NCBI GenBank assembly: GCA_031409275.1
Contig: JANNXA010000018.1
Coordinates: 1-64,000, forward strand
Length of the DNA: 64,000 nt
Direction of reading: 5' to 3'
Source: Planctomycetota bacterium
GTDB lineage: Bacteria > Planctomycetota > B15-G4 > SIAN01
Shown here: positions 48,630 to 59,395 of the stretch, piece by piece
Layout of the letters: every line of letters starts with the position of its first letter
Position numbering within the stretch: the stretch's first letter is position 1
The notes under the pieces: model-generated
What the model was told of the DNA's origin: nothing
What the model saw: only the letters and a program-made list of their open reading frames with translations
Databases searched by the model: none
Program-made: the position numbers and the translations under genes

Positions 48630-50501
48630 TTGTCCATTCCGCCACGAGCTCCTGAGCCCAAGCGCAAGACGCGCTTCCACGTCGTGTTCCTGCTGCTCGC
48701 CATCACGGGCGTCCTGTTCCTGCATGAGCTGATCGATGGCGCGACCGTCAAGCGCATCGACTACAGCGACTTCCTGGCGCAGTTGGACAAGAAGAGCGTC
48801 GAGGAGGTGATCGTCGCCGCCGACGAGATCCGCGGCACGTTCATCGATCCAGAGACCGGCGAGAAGAGCGGGTTCGTCACGACGCGCCTCGATCCGAAGC
48901 TCGCCGAGGAGCTGAAGAAGTCGGGCGTGACCTTCCGCGGCCAGCCGCAGTCGCTGCTGGTCGGCGTGATGGGGTGGTTGCTGCCGATCGCCTTCTTCGT
49001 CGTGATCTGGGTGTTGATGAACCGGCAGATGGGGGGCAAGGGCGCCGCCGGCTTCATGAACATCGGCAAGAGCAAGGCGCGCGTCTACGTCGAGAGCGAC
49101 ACCAAGGTGACCTTCGCCGACGTGGCGGGCGTCGATGAAGCGAAGGACGAGCTGAAGGAGATCGTCGACTTCCTGAAGGACCCGGTCGGCCACGGCCGAC
49201 TCGGCGGCCGCATGCCGCGCGGCGTGATGCTGGTGGGACCGCCAGGCACCGGCAAGACGCTGCTGGCGCGGGCGGTGGCCGGCGAGGCGGGCGTGCCGTT
49301 CTTCTCGATCAGCGGCTCCGAGTTCGTCGAGATGTTCGTCGGCGTCGGCGCGGCGCGCGTGCGCGACCTGTTCGAGCAGGCCAAGGAGAAGGCGCCGGCG
49401 ATCATCTTCATCGACGAGCTCGACGCCTTGGGCAAGGCACGCGGCGCCGGCCCGATGTATGGCGGCCACGACGAGAAGGAACAGACGCTGAACCAGCTGC
49501 TGGTCGAGCTCGATGGCTTCGACCCCCGCGCCGGCATCGTCTTGATCGCAGCCACCAACCGTCCCGAGATCCTCGACCCCGCGCTGCTGCGTGCCGGCCG
49601 CTTCGATCGCCAGGTGCTGGTCGATCGTCCCGACCATCGCGGCCGGGTGCAGATCCTCGAGGTCCACCTGAAGAAGGTGAAGACCGCGCCGGGGCTGCAG
49701 GTCGAGCAGGTCGCGTCGCTCACTCCGGGTTTCACCGGCGCCGACCTCGCCAACCTCTGCAACGAAGCGGCGCTGGTCGCCACGCGTCGCAAGGGCGAGC
49801 TCGTCGAGCTGAACGACTTCACGCTGGCCGTCGAGCGCATCGTCGCCGGCCTCGAGAAGCGCAATCGCATCCTGAACGAGCGCGAGCGGACGGTCGTCGC
49901 GCACCACGAGATGGGCCATGCGATCGTCGCTGCGGCCACGCCGGGCAGCGATCCGGTCCACAAGGTCTCGGTGATCCCGCGCGGCATCGGGGCGCTCGGC
50001 TACACGATGCAGCGGCCCACCGAGGATCGCTTCCTGATGACGCGTGAGGAGCTCGAGAACAAGATGGCGGTCCTGCTCGGGGGTCGCGCCGCCGAGCATC
50101 TGGTGTGGGGCCAGTTCTCGACCGGCGCCGCCGATGACCTCGAGCGGGCGACCCGCATCGCGCGCAGCATGGTCGCGCGCTACGGCATGACGGAGATCGG
50201 TCCCGTCTCCTACGACGACGACGGCGGCCACTTCCTGCAGCAGCAGAACCCGTTCGCGCCGCGCAGCGACAAGTCCGACGCCACCTCGCGCGAGATCGAC
50301 ATCGCCGTGCGCGGCCTCGTCGACCAGGCCTTCGTCCGTGCCCGCGCCATCCTCGCCAAGCACCAGCCGGTGCTGGTCGACGCGGCGAAGCAGCTGCTCG
50401 AGAGAGAGACGCTGGGCGAGGCCGATCTGAAGCCGATTTTCGAGCGGCTGAAGGAAGGCGGGGGAGCGAGCGGTGTCCCCGCGACCGCGCCGGCGACGTG
50501 A
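48630..50501 (+). CDS. ftsH: ATP-dependent zinc metalloprotease FtsH
   Basis: Two TM segments, 'GPPGTGKT', 'FIDELD', '[10 protein letters not shown]' and HExxH 'HEMGH'. Confidence 0.96.
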   Translation: MSIPPRAPEPKRKTRFHVVFLLLAITGVLFLHELIDGATVKRIDYSDFLAQLDKKSVEEVIVAADEIRGTFIDPETGEKSGFVTTRLDPKLAEELKKSGVTFRGQPQSLLVGVMGWLLPIAFFVVIWVLMNRQMGGKGAAGFMNIGKSKARVYVESDTKVTFADVAGVDEAKDELKEIVDFLKDPVGHGRLGGRMPRGVMLVGPPGTGKTLLARAVAGEAGVPFFSISGSEFVEMFVGVGAARVRDLFEQAKEKAPAIIFIDELDALGKARGAGPMYGGHDEKEQTLNQLLVELDGFDPRAGIVLIAATNRPEILDPALLRAGRFDRQVLVDRPDHRGRVQILEVHLKKVKTAPGLQVEQVASLTPGFTGADLANLCNEAALVATRRKGELVELNDFTLAVERIVAGLEKRNRILNERERTVVAHHEMGHAIVAAATPGSDPVHKVSVIPRGIGALGYTMQRPTEDRFLMTREELENKMAVLLGGRAAEHLVWGQFSTGAADDLERATRIARSMVARYGMTEIGPVSYDDDGGHFLQQQNPFAPRSDKSDATSREIDIAVRGLVDQAFVRARAILAKHQPVLVDAAKQLLERETLGEADLKPIFERLKEGGGASGVPATAPAT

Positions 50502-50604
50502 CGTCCGACGGAGCAACGGTTCGACCGCAACCGACCGCCGCCGCCTCCTTACGCCCTTGCGCGCGCTCCGCTAGAACTCGCGCTCCTTCTCGCTGGAGCC
50601 GCGC

Positions 50605-52704
50605 ATGGTCGCTCGTCGTCGCGCCTTTTGCTTCCTGTGTGCTGCGACCCTCGCGGCGCTGGCCCTTGCGTCGCGCGGCGTCGCCCAGCAGGCGCCGCAA
50701 GCCGCGGTGGTGGGGGCACCACCCGCAAGCGCGACGGCAACGGGCAGCGGCGATGGCGCGCCGCTCGTACCGGTCGCGCTCGAACGCGTCATCAACCCCG
50801 AGCGCCTCCTCGTCAAGCCGCGCCGCGATGCGACGGCGGAGCAGGTGGCTGCAGCGCATGCGCGCGCGGGCGCGACCGTCGTCAGCGATCTGAAGCAGAT
50901 CGGCTGGCAGGTGGTGGCCGTGCCCTACGGCACTCACCTCGCGGCGCGGCAGAGCTACTTCGCCGACCCCGCCATCGAGCGCGCCGACCTCGATCGAGCG
51001 CGCCGTGTCGCGCATGTGCCGAACGACCCCTACTGGCCCTACCACTGGCACCTGCAGAACATCACGGCGGACCTTGCGTGGGACACGGTGAAGGGCGATC
51101 CGTCGGTGGTCGTGGCGGTGATGGACACCGGCCTCGAGGTGACCCATCCCGACCTTGCAGGCAACGTCTGGAGCAATCCGGGCGAGATCGCCGGCAACGG
51201 CATCGATGACGATGGCAACGGCTACGTCGATGACGTGAACGGCTACGACTTCGCCTATCTCGACGGCACGCCCAACGACAACTACGGCCACGGGACCGCG
51301 TGCGCGGGCATCGTCGCGGCGACGCAGGACAACGCGATCGGCGTCAGCGGCGTCGCGCCGACCTGCCGGCTCGCGGGCATCAAGGCGGCCAACGATTCGG
51401 GCTACTTCTACGACTCGGCCAACGTGCCGGCGTTCCTCTACTGCGCCGACATGGGCTTCAAAGTCATCTCGATGAGCTTCTTCAGCGACGACGTCACCGC
51501 CGCGGAACGCGATGCGGTCGACTATTGCTGGCAGCACGGCGTGGTCCTGGTTGCCGCCGCCGGCAACTCGCTCTCCGTGATCCCGTACTACCCGGGCGCC
51601 TACGAGCATGTGATCTCCGTCGCCGCGACCGATGGCGCCAACAACCCGACCTGGTTCACCGACTACGGCAGCTGGGTCGACGTCGCCGCGCCGGGCGTCG
51701 GGATCGCGACCACGACCGTCGGCGGCGGCTACACGACCGGTTTCGCCGGCACGTCGGCCGCCACGCCGCACGTCGCCGGTCTCGCCGGCCTCCTCTTCGC
51801 CGCCAACCCGGGTGCGAGCGCCGCCGCGGTCCGCGCCGCGCTCGAAGACACGGCCGTCGCCACCGTCAGCGCCGCGTGGGGCGAGTACACCAACTACGGA
51901 AAGATCGACTGCGATGCGGCCGTCGACCGCGTCACCGGCGTGACCAGCGGCAGCAAGACGGCGCGGTTCCTCTTCGCGGCGCCCGTCGGCGGCGATCGCA
52001 CGCGCGACCCGACGCTCGCCATGAGCGATCCGCGCCAGTCGATCCGCTTCTTCGGAGTCGGCCTCGAACGCCCGAACACCGTGCGCGTGCGCAGCGGCAA
52101 GCGCCGCATGCCGCTCTTCGCGCAGACGCGCCGCGAGGTGATCGCACCCTTCGCGACGCTGGCCGGACCGCGCGGCAGCGCCTTCTCGCCCACCTACGCT
52201 CTGGAAGTGAACGGCTCGGTGATCGGCTCGATCCAGTGGGACGACGGGCCGGGCCTCACCTACGCGCCGACCGATGTCGGCACCTACAACGCGACGGTCG
52301 TCGGCGGCTTCGCCGAGATCTATCGCGTCGACGGAGTGCTGTTGACCTGCAACGAGGCGTTCGGCTCGATCTACTGCGAGATTTCGGTGCGCAAGGTCGC
52401 GCCGCGCTCGCCATCGCGCCTCGACGTCGAGTTCACGCGCGGCTACGCCAACTGCACCGGCGGCAGCGAGACGCTGTGGGTCTACGACTGGAGCACCTGG
52501 AGCTACCCGTACGGAAGCTGGGTCGCGCTGTGGACCCGGTCGATCACCGGCTCGGCGCAGGAGAAGGTCACCACCGCCATCACGAGCGGCGCGGCGAACT
52601 ACCTCGACGACGAGGGGACGGCCTACTTCAAGCTGACCACTTCGGGTGCGGCGAGCGGCGGCCTGCTGCAAGCCGACGCCTTCCGCGTGACGGCGCACGA
52701 GTGA
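50605..52704 (+). CDS. Secreted S8 (subtilisin-like) serine peptidase with C-terminal extension
   Basis: Signal peptide; catalytic 'MDTG', 'GHGT' and 'GTSAATPHV'; 'GIDDDGNGYVDD'. Confidence 0.93.
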   Translation: MVARRRAFCFLCAATLAALALASRGVAQQAPQAAVVGAPPASATATGSGDGAPLVPVALERVINPERLLVKPRRDATAEQVAAAHARAGATVVSDLKQIGWQVVAVPYGTHLAARQSYFADPAIERADLDRARRVAHVPNDPYWPYHWHLQNITADLAWDTVKGDPSVVVAVMDTGLEVTHPDLAGNVWSNPGEIAGNGIDDDGNGYVDDVNGYDFAYLDGTPNDNYGHGTACAGIVAATQDNAIGVSGVAPTCRLAGIKAANDSGYFYDSANVPAFLYCADMGFKVISMSFFSDDVTAAERDAVDYCWQHGVVLVAAAGNSLSVIPYYPGAYEHVISVAATDGANNPTWFTDYGSWVDVAAPGVGIATTTVGGGYTTGFAGTSAATPHVAGLAGLLFAANPGASAAAVRAALEDTAVATVSAAWGEYTNYGKIDCDAAVDRVTGVTSGSKTARFLFAAPVGGDRTRDPTLAMSDPRQSIRFFGVGLERPNTVRVRSGKRRMPLFAQTRREVIAPFATLAGPRGSAFSPTYALEVNGSVIGSIQWDDGPGLTYAPTDVGTYNATVVGGFAEIYRVDGVLLTCNEAFGSIYCEISVRKVAPRSPSRLDVEFTRGYANCTGGSETLWVYDWSTWSYPYGSWVALWTRSITGSAQEKVTTAITSGAANYLDDEGTAYFKLTTSGAASGGLLQADAFRVTAHE

Positions 52705-52717
52705 CCGGTCGCGGCGG

Positions 52718-54289
52718 ATGAACTCCCTCGCGCACCTTCGCCTTCCCACAGTCCTGCTTTTCGCCGCGGCGTTCGCGCCGCTCGACGAGCGAATCGACGC
52801 GCCGCGCGCGGCCGACCTCTCGCAGCGAGTCGACCGCTGCCGCACCGCGCTCGGCGTTGCCCACTGGCAGGCGAGCGGACAGGAGCTGCTCCTCGAGGGA
52901 TCATCGATCGAAGAGGGGATGGAAGGGCCGTGGCGACTGCGAGTGAGCGCGGACGGCCGCTTCGCCGGTCAGCACGACACTCGCTTCCCGACTCGCTTCG
53001 GTTTCGACGGCGAGTCGACCTGGAGCGTCGATCGCTCGGGGCTCGCGACCCGCGGCCACCTCGAGGCGCGCGAGCAGGCACTGTTGTCGGCGGCGCTCTG
53101 GTCGGGCACTTGGTGCAGCGAGCAGGGGCCGCTCGCGATCTACGGCGAGTCCGATGGGGAGTTGCTGTTGCGACCGCGCAACGGCGAGCTCGCGGCCCGT
53201 GTCGCGATCGATCCGGCGAGCTCGCTGCCGAATCGACTCACGATCGAGACCTATCGCGGCGACTTCGTCTACGAGTACTCCGGTTGGAGCGCGCTCGAAG
53301 GCGGCTTGCAGGTGGCGCGCGACTGCCGTCTGGACGACAGTGGTCGGCAGAGCCGTTGGCACGTGCAGAGCGCGCAGTTCGTCGCTCCTGAACCGGACGC
53401 CTTCGCGTTTCCTGCGACCCGGCCGACCGACACCACCTTCGATCCGTCGCGACCGGCGCTGCTGACCTGCAAGATCGCGCGCACGCGTCATCTGCTGGTG
53501 CGCGCGGAACTCGACGGCGTCGACCACGGCTACTGGATCTTCGACAGTGGCGCCGGCGGCCTGGTCATCGACCCGAAGCTGGCGCAGAAGCTCGGTTACG
53601 AGCCCTACGGAGAGCTCTGGATCGGCGGCGCCGGCGCCGCGCGCACGGCGACCCACTACTACGAAGCGCGCTCGCTGCGGGTCGGCCCGGCGACCCTCGA
53701 TCGTCCTCGTCTCTCGAGCCTCGACCTCGACGCGCTCTCGGCGACCCTCGGCGCACCGCTGGTCGGGATCATCGGCTACGACTTCCTGCAACGCGTCGTC
53801 GCCACCGTCGACATGAAGGCGGGCCGCATCGAGATCGCCGATCCCGCCACCTTCACGCGCGTCGACGCCACCTGGCGGGCGCTGACCTTGCACGGTCACC
53901 ACCCTCACGTCGAATGCAGCTTCGGCCACGAAGGCGAGGAGTCGGCGCTGTTCCGGCTCGACACCGGCGCCGCCGGCGTGGCGGTCATCTTCCACTCGCC
54001 CTTCGTGCAGGAGAGCGGCCTGCTGACCGGGCGACCGACCGCGCCGTTCAACGGCCTTTCGGGCGTCGGCGGCGAATCGAAGGCGCGCATCGGGTTGATC
54101 GACTGGTTCGAACTCGGTGGTGTCGTCGTCGATCAGCCCACCGCGATCTTCGTCGAGGACGCGCACGGCGCGCTCGCGGACCCGTGGACCGCCGGCACGC
54201 TCGGCGGCGATCTGCTCGAGAAGTCGGACCTGATCTTCGACTATCCGCACGACCGCGTCGGCTTCGCGCCGCGCCGCGCCGCGAAGTAG
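52718..54289 (+). CDS. Retropepsin-like aspartyl protease with two catalytic lobes
   Basis: 'IFDSGA...GIIGYDFL' and 'LDTGA...GTLGGDLL' motifs. Confidence 0.85.
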   Translation: MNSLAHLRLPTVLLFAAAFAPLDERIDAPRAADLSQRVDRCRTALGVAHWQASGQELLLEGSSIEEGMEGPWRLRVSADGRFAGQHDTRFPTRFGFDGESTWSVDRSGLATRGHLEAREQALLSAALWSGTWCSEQGPLAIYGESDGELLLRPRNGELAARVAIDPASSLPNRLTIETYRGDFVYEYSGWSALEGGLQVARDCRLDDSGRQSRWHVQSAQFVAPEPDAFAFPATRPTDTTFDPSRPALLTCKIARTRHLLVRAELDGVDHGYWIFDSGAGGLVIDPKLAQKLGYEPYGELWIGGAGAARTATHYYEARSLRVGPATLDRPRLSSLDLDALSATLGAPLVGIIGYDFLQRVVATVDMKAGRIEIADPATFTRVDATWRALTLHGHHPHVECSFGHEGEESALFRLDTGAAGVAVIFHSPFVQESGLLTGRPTAPFNGLSGVGGESKARIGLIDWFELGGVVVDQPTAIFVEDAHGALADPWTAGTLGGDLLEKSDLIFDYPHDRVGFAPRRAAK

Positions 54290-54297
54290 CCGCGCGC

Positions 54298-55173
54298 TCA
54301 GCGGGTCAGATGCGCGTCGAGGAAGTGGCGCAGGAGCAGCTCGTACTCCGCGGGCGAGTGCTTCAGCAGATCCTCGTGGTCGGCGCCGACGATCGCTGCG
54401 AGCTCCTTCGGAGCGCGGGCGGCGGCGAAGAGCGCTTGCGCCTGCGCGAAGCGGGTCGAGCGATCCTCGCGCCCGTGCAGCAGCAGCAGCGGACAGCCGA
54501 TTTGCGCGATGGTGTCGACGGGTCGAACGCTCGCCGCGTCGCAGCCGGTCGCGAATCGGTAGGCGCCGCTCGCCAGCGGTCGCAGCCCCGGCGCGAGCGG
54601 TCCGAGGTAGCGAGCGATGCGCTCCTCGATCGCCTGATCGAGCGTGGCGTAGGTCGATTCGAGGACGACGAAGCGCACGTCGAGCGGCGCGGGCGCCAGG
54701 CAGAGCGCGGCGCCGCCCATCGAGATGCCGATCGCCCCGATCGGCGCGCCGGGCCAGCGCTCGCGCAGCCAATGGAGAGCCGGTTGCACGAGCGCCGCTT
54801 CGCGCGCGCCGAGCGTCACGACGTCACCGGCGCTTTCGCCGTGGCCGGGCAGGTCGAGCAGCAGTGACGCGCAGCGCAGTCTCGCCAGCAGCTCTCCGCG
54901 ACCGCGCATCGCGCCGCGCGAGCTGCCGCGACCATGCAGCACGAGGAGCGCGGCACGCGGCGCAGCGATGGCGACGTCCCAGCCTGCGACGCGCGCGCCG
55001 TCGGAAAGCGCGAGCTCGACGCGCTGCGTCGTGAGGCCGGCGCCTTCGGGTGGCGCGCCGACATCGCGAGAGGTGGGTCGTGTGAGCCACCAGGTGCCAA
55101 GCGGCGGCAAGGTCATCAGCACGGCCAGCGCGATCAGCGCGAAGTGGAGTGGACGTCGGGGGCGCCAGTTCAT
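54298..55173 (-). CDS. Alpha/beta hydrolase with N-terminal TM anchor
   Basis: 'LVLHG', 'DLPGHGES', GxSxG 'GISMG', 'LLHGRED' and 'ADH'. Confidence 0.9.
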   Translation of the reverse strand: MNWRPRRPLHFALIALAVLMTLPPLGTWWLTRPTSRDVGAPPEGAGLTTQRVELALSDGARVAGWDVAIAAPRAALLVLHGRGSSRGAMRGRGELLARLRCASLLLDLPGHGESAGDVVTLGAREAALVQPALHWLRERWPGAPIGAIGISMGGAALCLAPAPLDVRFVVLESTYATLDQAIEERIARYLGPLAPGLRPLASGAYRFATGCDAASVRPVDTIAQIGCPLLLLHGREDRSTRFAQAQALFAAARAPKELAAIVGADHEDLLKHSPAEYELLLRHFLDAHLTR

Positions 55174-55256
55174 GGCGGCGGATCATCGCATGCACGTGCG
55201 GCTACCATCGCTGCGACCTGCATGAACGAATCGGAATGGAGCGTCGGACCTTCCCC

Positions 55257-56174
55257 ATGGCGATCGATCCAAGCTGGCCGCGCGCCGCCGACTGGTTGGC
55301 GGGACAACACCTTCCAGGCGCGCGCGCGACGCTCGGAGTGGTCGGCTTGCCGGTTGGCGTCGGCGCCGTGACGCCGGGTCGCTGCGACCTCGCGCCCGCC
55401 GCCGTCCGCAAGCGCCTCGCGCGCATGAGCACCTACGACCTCGAGGCCGACGTCGACGTGCGTGAACTCGTCGCGCGCGACCACGGGGACGCGCTGCTGG
55501 CCGCCCTCCCGCTCGACGCGATGTTCGAGCCGGCTCGCGCGGCGGTGGTGCGCGCGCTCGACGGCAGCGTGGCCACACTCGTGCTGGGCGGCCACGACGC
55601 CGTCACGCGCCCCGCATGCCGTGCGGTGGGCGAAGACGTCGAGCGGATCGGGTTGCTGACGCTCGACGCTCACTTCGATTTGCGCGACCTCGGCGGCGGC
55701 ATGTCGAACGGCAATCCAGTGCGCGCGCTGCTGGCGGACGGAGTCCCGGGCCGCAACGTCGTGCAGCTCGAGCTGCAGAGCTTCGCCAATTCGCGCGACT
55801 ACGCGGCAGTGGCGCGCGCGGCGCAGATCCACTTCGTCAGTGTCGACGCATGGCGCGAGCGCGGCATCGTGGCGACCGTCGTCGCGGCGCTCGACGAGCT
55901 GGCCCGGCGCGCCGATGCGATCTACGTCGATGTCGACCTCGACGTGCTCGACCGCTGCCATGTGCCCGGCGCCCCCGGCTCGCGACCCGGCGGCCTTGCG
56001 CCGCACGAGCTCCTGCGCGCCGTCACCGCGTGCGGCCGCCATGCGGCGGTGCGCGCGCTCGGCCTCGTCGAGGTCGACCCGCTGCGCGATGTCGCCGACC
56101 TGTCGACCTTCGCGGCGGCGAGCAGCGCGCTCGCCTTCGCCAGCGGCGTCGCGCAGCGCGCGCGCAAAGGCTGA
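55257..56174 (+). CDS. Arginase/agmatinase family protein (formimidoylglutamase-like)
   Basis: 'LGG', 'DAHFDLRD', 'SNG.P' and 'DVDLDVLD...PG...RPGGL'; alternative start at 55236. Confidence 0.85.
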   Translation: MAIDPSWPRAADWLAGQHLPGARATLGVVGLPVGVGAVTPGRCDLAPAAVRKRLARMSTYDLEADVDVRELVARDHGDALLAALPLDAMFEPARAAVVRALDGSVATLVLGGHDAVTRPACRAVGEDVERIGLLTLDAHFDLRDLGGGMSNGNPVRALLADGVPGRNVVQLELQSFANSRDYAAVARAAQIHFVSVDAWRERGIVATVVAALDELARRADAIYVDVDLDVLDRCHVPGAPGSRPGGLAPHELLRAVTACGRHAAVRALGLVEVDPLRDVADLSTFAAASSALAFASGVAQRARKG

Positions 56175-56314
56175 CGCGACGCGTTGCGCTCGTCCGCTTC
56201 GAGCGGCTGGTGGCGTGCGGGCCCCTCCCAGCACAAGAGTGGCGCGATCACCCTGCGCTGTGAATGCGCTGCGGTACGCGGCAGCTCGTGACATGGACAC
56301 TATCCTCGCCGCCA

Positions 56315-57004
56315 ATGACGCGATTCGCGACGATCGGGCGGTGGTGCAGGCGCATCGCGTGGGCGCTGCTTTCCGTGCTGCTGCTCTACGGGACGGCGTT
56401 GCTGGTGCTGCCGCGCGTTGCGGTGAACCGCGATTGGCAGCTGCCGGACGCGGGGGTCGAGGTGGTGGTGCAGTCGAATGGCGTCCACACCGACTTCATC
56501 GTGCCGGTCGCCACCGCCGAGTTCGATTGGTCGCGCCATCTGCCACCCAGCGACTTCGAGGCGGTCGATGACCGCTTCCGCTGGATCTCGCTGGGTTGGG
56601 GCAGCCGCGCGTTCTATCTCGAGACCCCGAACTGGTCCGACCTGCGTCTTGCGACCGCGCTGCGCGCCGTGTCAGGAGTGGCGCCGACCGCGCTGCACGT
56701 GAGTTACCGTTTCACGCTGCCGCCGCTCGATGACCGTGCCCGTCGGGTTCGACTCACGCCGGCGCAGTACCGGCAGCTTTGCGACGAAGTGCTGGCGACC
56801 TTCGCGTGCGATGCGGCGGGCCGCGTGCAACGCATCGATGCGCCGGGCTACACGCCCTACGACCGCTTCTACGAGGCGCATGACCACTACAGCGCCATCG
56901 TCACGTGCAACGAGTGGACCGGCGCGCGGCTGCGCTCGATCGGAGTGAAGGTCGGCGTCTGGACGCCGTTGGCAGACGACGTCCTGCGCTTCCTGCCACG
57001 CTGA
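56315..57004 (+). CDS. DUF2459 / TIGR02117 family protein
   Basis: 'SNGVHTD', 'GWG.RAFYL.TP.W.DL', 'D.FYEA' and 'TCNEWT'. Confidence 0.82.
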   Translation: MTRFATIGRWCRRIAWALLSVLLLYGTALLVLPRVAVNRDWQLPDAGVEVVVQSNGVHTDFIVPVATAEFDWSRHLPPSDFEAVDDRFRWISLGWGSRAFYLETPNWSDLRLATALRAVSGVAPTALHVSYRFTLPPLDDRARRVRLTPAQYRQLCDEVLATFACDAAGRVQRIDAPGYTPYDRFYEAHDHYSAIVTCNEWTGARLRSIGVKVGVWTPLADDVLRFLPR

Positions 57005-57027
57005 CGGGCGCGCTAGCGCCTCGACCG

Positions 57028-58395
57028 CTACGGCGGCGTCGCTTCGCGCGCACGGTCATCGAGCGCGATGCCGCGATAGCTCCAGCCGCACAGCGTGAGC
57101 CGCGGTAGCTGGGCGAGGCGCGCGTCGATGCGGGCGAGGCGCGCGGCGTGGCCCGGCCGGTACTGCGGAATGCCGGGACGATGGGGGAAGGCGGCCAGGA
57201 GGCGTGGCGTCCCGTCGATGCGCAGCAGCGGCGCGACCTGCTCGAAGGCGAGCTGCGCGATGGCGCGCGGGTCGTCGGGCAGCGTGAGCCGTTCGCCACC
57301 GACCATCGCGCGCAGCAGCACGTGGCCCGGCGGAGCGCGTCCCGGGAAGAGGGCGCTCTCGTAGAGGACGCCAAGCAGCGGCCGCTGTTCGCCCTTCGGC
57401 ACCAGGAACCCGAGCGCGTCGACGTTGCCGCCCACCTGCTCGCGCCGGACGCCGATGGCGACCACCGCGACGTTCGCGGCCGCGATCCCCGCGAGTTCCG
57501 CGGCCAGCGTCCGATCGAGCGGCGCGAGCAGCGGCGCCGCCTCCGACGCGGGCGTGGCAAGGCAGAGCCGTCGCGTGCGCCAAGTCGCCGAGCTGGCCGC
57601 TCCTGACGTCGTGACGGTCGCGACGCGATAGGTGCCGTCCGCCTCGCGCGCGAGCGATGCCACCCGCACGTTGCAATGGATCACGCCACGCAACTTCTCC
57701 GCGAGCCGCGCCACCAGCGCGCCGGTCCCGCCGCGCAGCGCCGCGAGAAGCGGTCGCGGCGGCGGCGCTTCGCGTTGGAGGAGGCTCTTCACCAACGAGC
57801 GGTAGCGCTCCTCGAGCGCCACCATGCGCGGGAAGACGGAGCGCGCCTCGAGCCGTTCGGGGTCGCCGGCGAAGATCCCGGTCACCACCGCGTCGAGCAG
57901 CGGCGCGACCATGCCGCGGCCGAAGCGCCGCTCGATGAAGCGCGCGAGCGTCTCGTCGTCGTGGGGGCCGCCGGCGCGGCGCGCGACGAACGGCTCGCGC
58001 AACAGCCGCAGCTTGGCAAGCGGCGCGATCAGCGGTGTCGCGAGCAGCGAGATCAGCCCCGACGGCGCCGCGCAGAGCCGTCCGCGGTGGAGCACGAAGC
58101 GGCGCGCGGCGGCGGGACCTGCGGCGCAAAGCTCCGGCGCGAGACCAAGCTCCTCGATCAGCGCGTGGATCGCCGCGGCGCCGCGGCGGATCGACGAGGC
58201 GGCGCGCTCGATCAGGAATCCATCGTGCCGCTCGCTCGCCACCACGCCGCCCGGTGTCGCCGCCGACTCCAGCACGACGACGTCCGCGCGGGGGTCGGCG
58301 TTCCGTGCGCGCCACGCCGCCAGCAACCCTGCCAGTCCGCCGCCCACCACCACGAGGTCGTGGCGGGGCGCCGCGTCGTCACCGCAGAGCGGCAT
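57028..58395 (-). CDS. hemY: FAD-dependent protoporphyrinogen oxidase (HemY type)
   Basis: 'VVGGGLAGL', 'GIFAGDPERL', 'GFLVP', 'S.LFPGRAP.G' and 'IPQY..GH'. Confidence 0.9.
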   Translation of the reverse strand: MPLCGDDAAPRHDLVVVGGGLAGLLAAWRARNADPRADVVVLESAATPGGVVASERHDGFLIERAASSIRRGAAAIHALIEELGLAPELCAAGPAAARRFVLHRGRLCAAPSGLISLLATPLIAPLAKLRLLREPFVARRAGGPHDDETLARFIERRFGRGMVAPLLDAVVTGIFAGDPERLEARSVFPRMVALEERYRSLVKSLLQREAPPPRPLLAALRGGTGALVARLAEKLRGVIHCNVRVASLAREADGTYRVATVTTSGAASSATWRTRRLCLATPASEAAPLLAPLDRTLAAELAGIAAANVAVVAIGVRREQVGGNVDALGFLVPKGEQRPLLGVLYESALFPGRAPPGHVLLRAMVGGERLTLPDDPRAIAQLAFEQVAPLLRIDGTPRLLAAFPHRPGIPQYRPGHAARLARIDARLAQLPRLTLCGWSYRGIALDDRAREATPP

Positions 58396-59389
58396 GCACC
58401 TGCGCCGCCAACGCGTCGATGAAGTCGCGACGCACGTCGAGCGCCGGTGTTCGCACGAAGGTCGCGATGCCGGCGGCGCGCGCCTCGGCGGCGAGCTCGA
58501 CGTCGATCTCGTGCACCGTCTCGATGTGGTCGGAGACGAAGCTGATCGGCACGATCACGAGCGATCGGCAGCCCGCGCCTCCCAGCCGATGGAGCGTGTT
58601 CGAGGTGGCCGGTTCGAGCCACTTCACCGGACCCGCGCGGCTCTGGAAGGAGAGTTCGACCGGGCCGGCGAAGTCGCGCAGCCGGGCACGGACGCCCGCA
58701 AGCGTGGCCTCGATCTCGGAGAGGTAGGGGTCGCCGTCGTCGACGATGCGCTGCGGCAGTCCGTGCGCGGAAAAGAGGAGCGTCGGCTCGCCGTTGCCGG
58801 CGGCGCGCGCCCGCGCGATCCCCTCCTCGACGCACGCGGTGAGCGCCGCGAGGTAGGCCGGATCACGCGCGTAGCTTTCGACGAGGGTGCGCGGCAGCGC
58901 CGGCGTCTCGCGAGTCGCCAGCGCATCGAGTTCGCGCCAGCTCGATCCGGTGGTTGCACGGCAGAAGTGCGGGTAGAGCGGCAGCGCGATCAAACGCTGC
59001 ACGCCGGCCGCGCGCAGCTCGGCCAGCGCGTCGGACGCGCGCGGCGCCCAGTAACGCATCGCCGTGCGAACGACGAAGCGCCGCTCGTTCGCGCCATCGT
59101 TCAACCGTTCTTCGAGCGCCCGCTCCTGCGCACGCGTCCGCGGCAGCAGCGGCGAGCCTCCGACCGCCGCGTAGTTCTTCCGCACTCCTGGCGCGCGCAG
59201 CGTCGCGATCAGCCACGCCAGCGCGTGGCGCACCGGCGCACCGCCCGGCAGCTTCAGCACTTCCGGGTCGCGAAAGAGCTCCAGCAGGAACGGGCGCACC
59301 GCCTCGGGACGGTCGGGTCCGCCGAGGTTCAGCAGCACGACTCCGATCGGGGAGTTCGCGCGCGCGATCGTTGCGCGGTGGCGGTGCAT
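58379..59389 (-). CDS. hemH: Ferrochelatase
   Basis: 'LLNLGGP', 'GGSPL', 'AMRYW.P', 'FSAHGLP', 'FQSR.GP.KWLEP' and 'FVSDHIET..EID'. Confidence 0.95.
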   Translation of the reverse strand: MHRHRATIARANSPIGVVLLNLGGPDRPEAVRPFLLELFRDPEVLKLPGGAPVRHALAWLIATLRAPGVRKNYAAVGGSPLLPRTRAQERALEERLNDGANERRFVVRTAMRYWAPRASDALAELRAAGVQRLIALPLYPHFCRATTGSSWRELDALATRETPALPRTLVESYARDPAYLAALTACVEEGIARARAAGNGEPTLLFSAHGLPQRIVDDGDPYLSEIEATLAGVRARLRDFAGPVELSFQSRAGPVKWLEPATSNTLHRLGGAGCRSLVIVPISFVSDHIETVHEIDVELAAEARAAGIATFVRTPALDVRRDFIDALAAQVHAALR

Positions 59390-59395
59390 CGTTTC

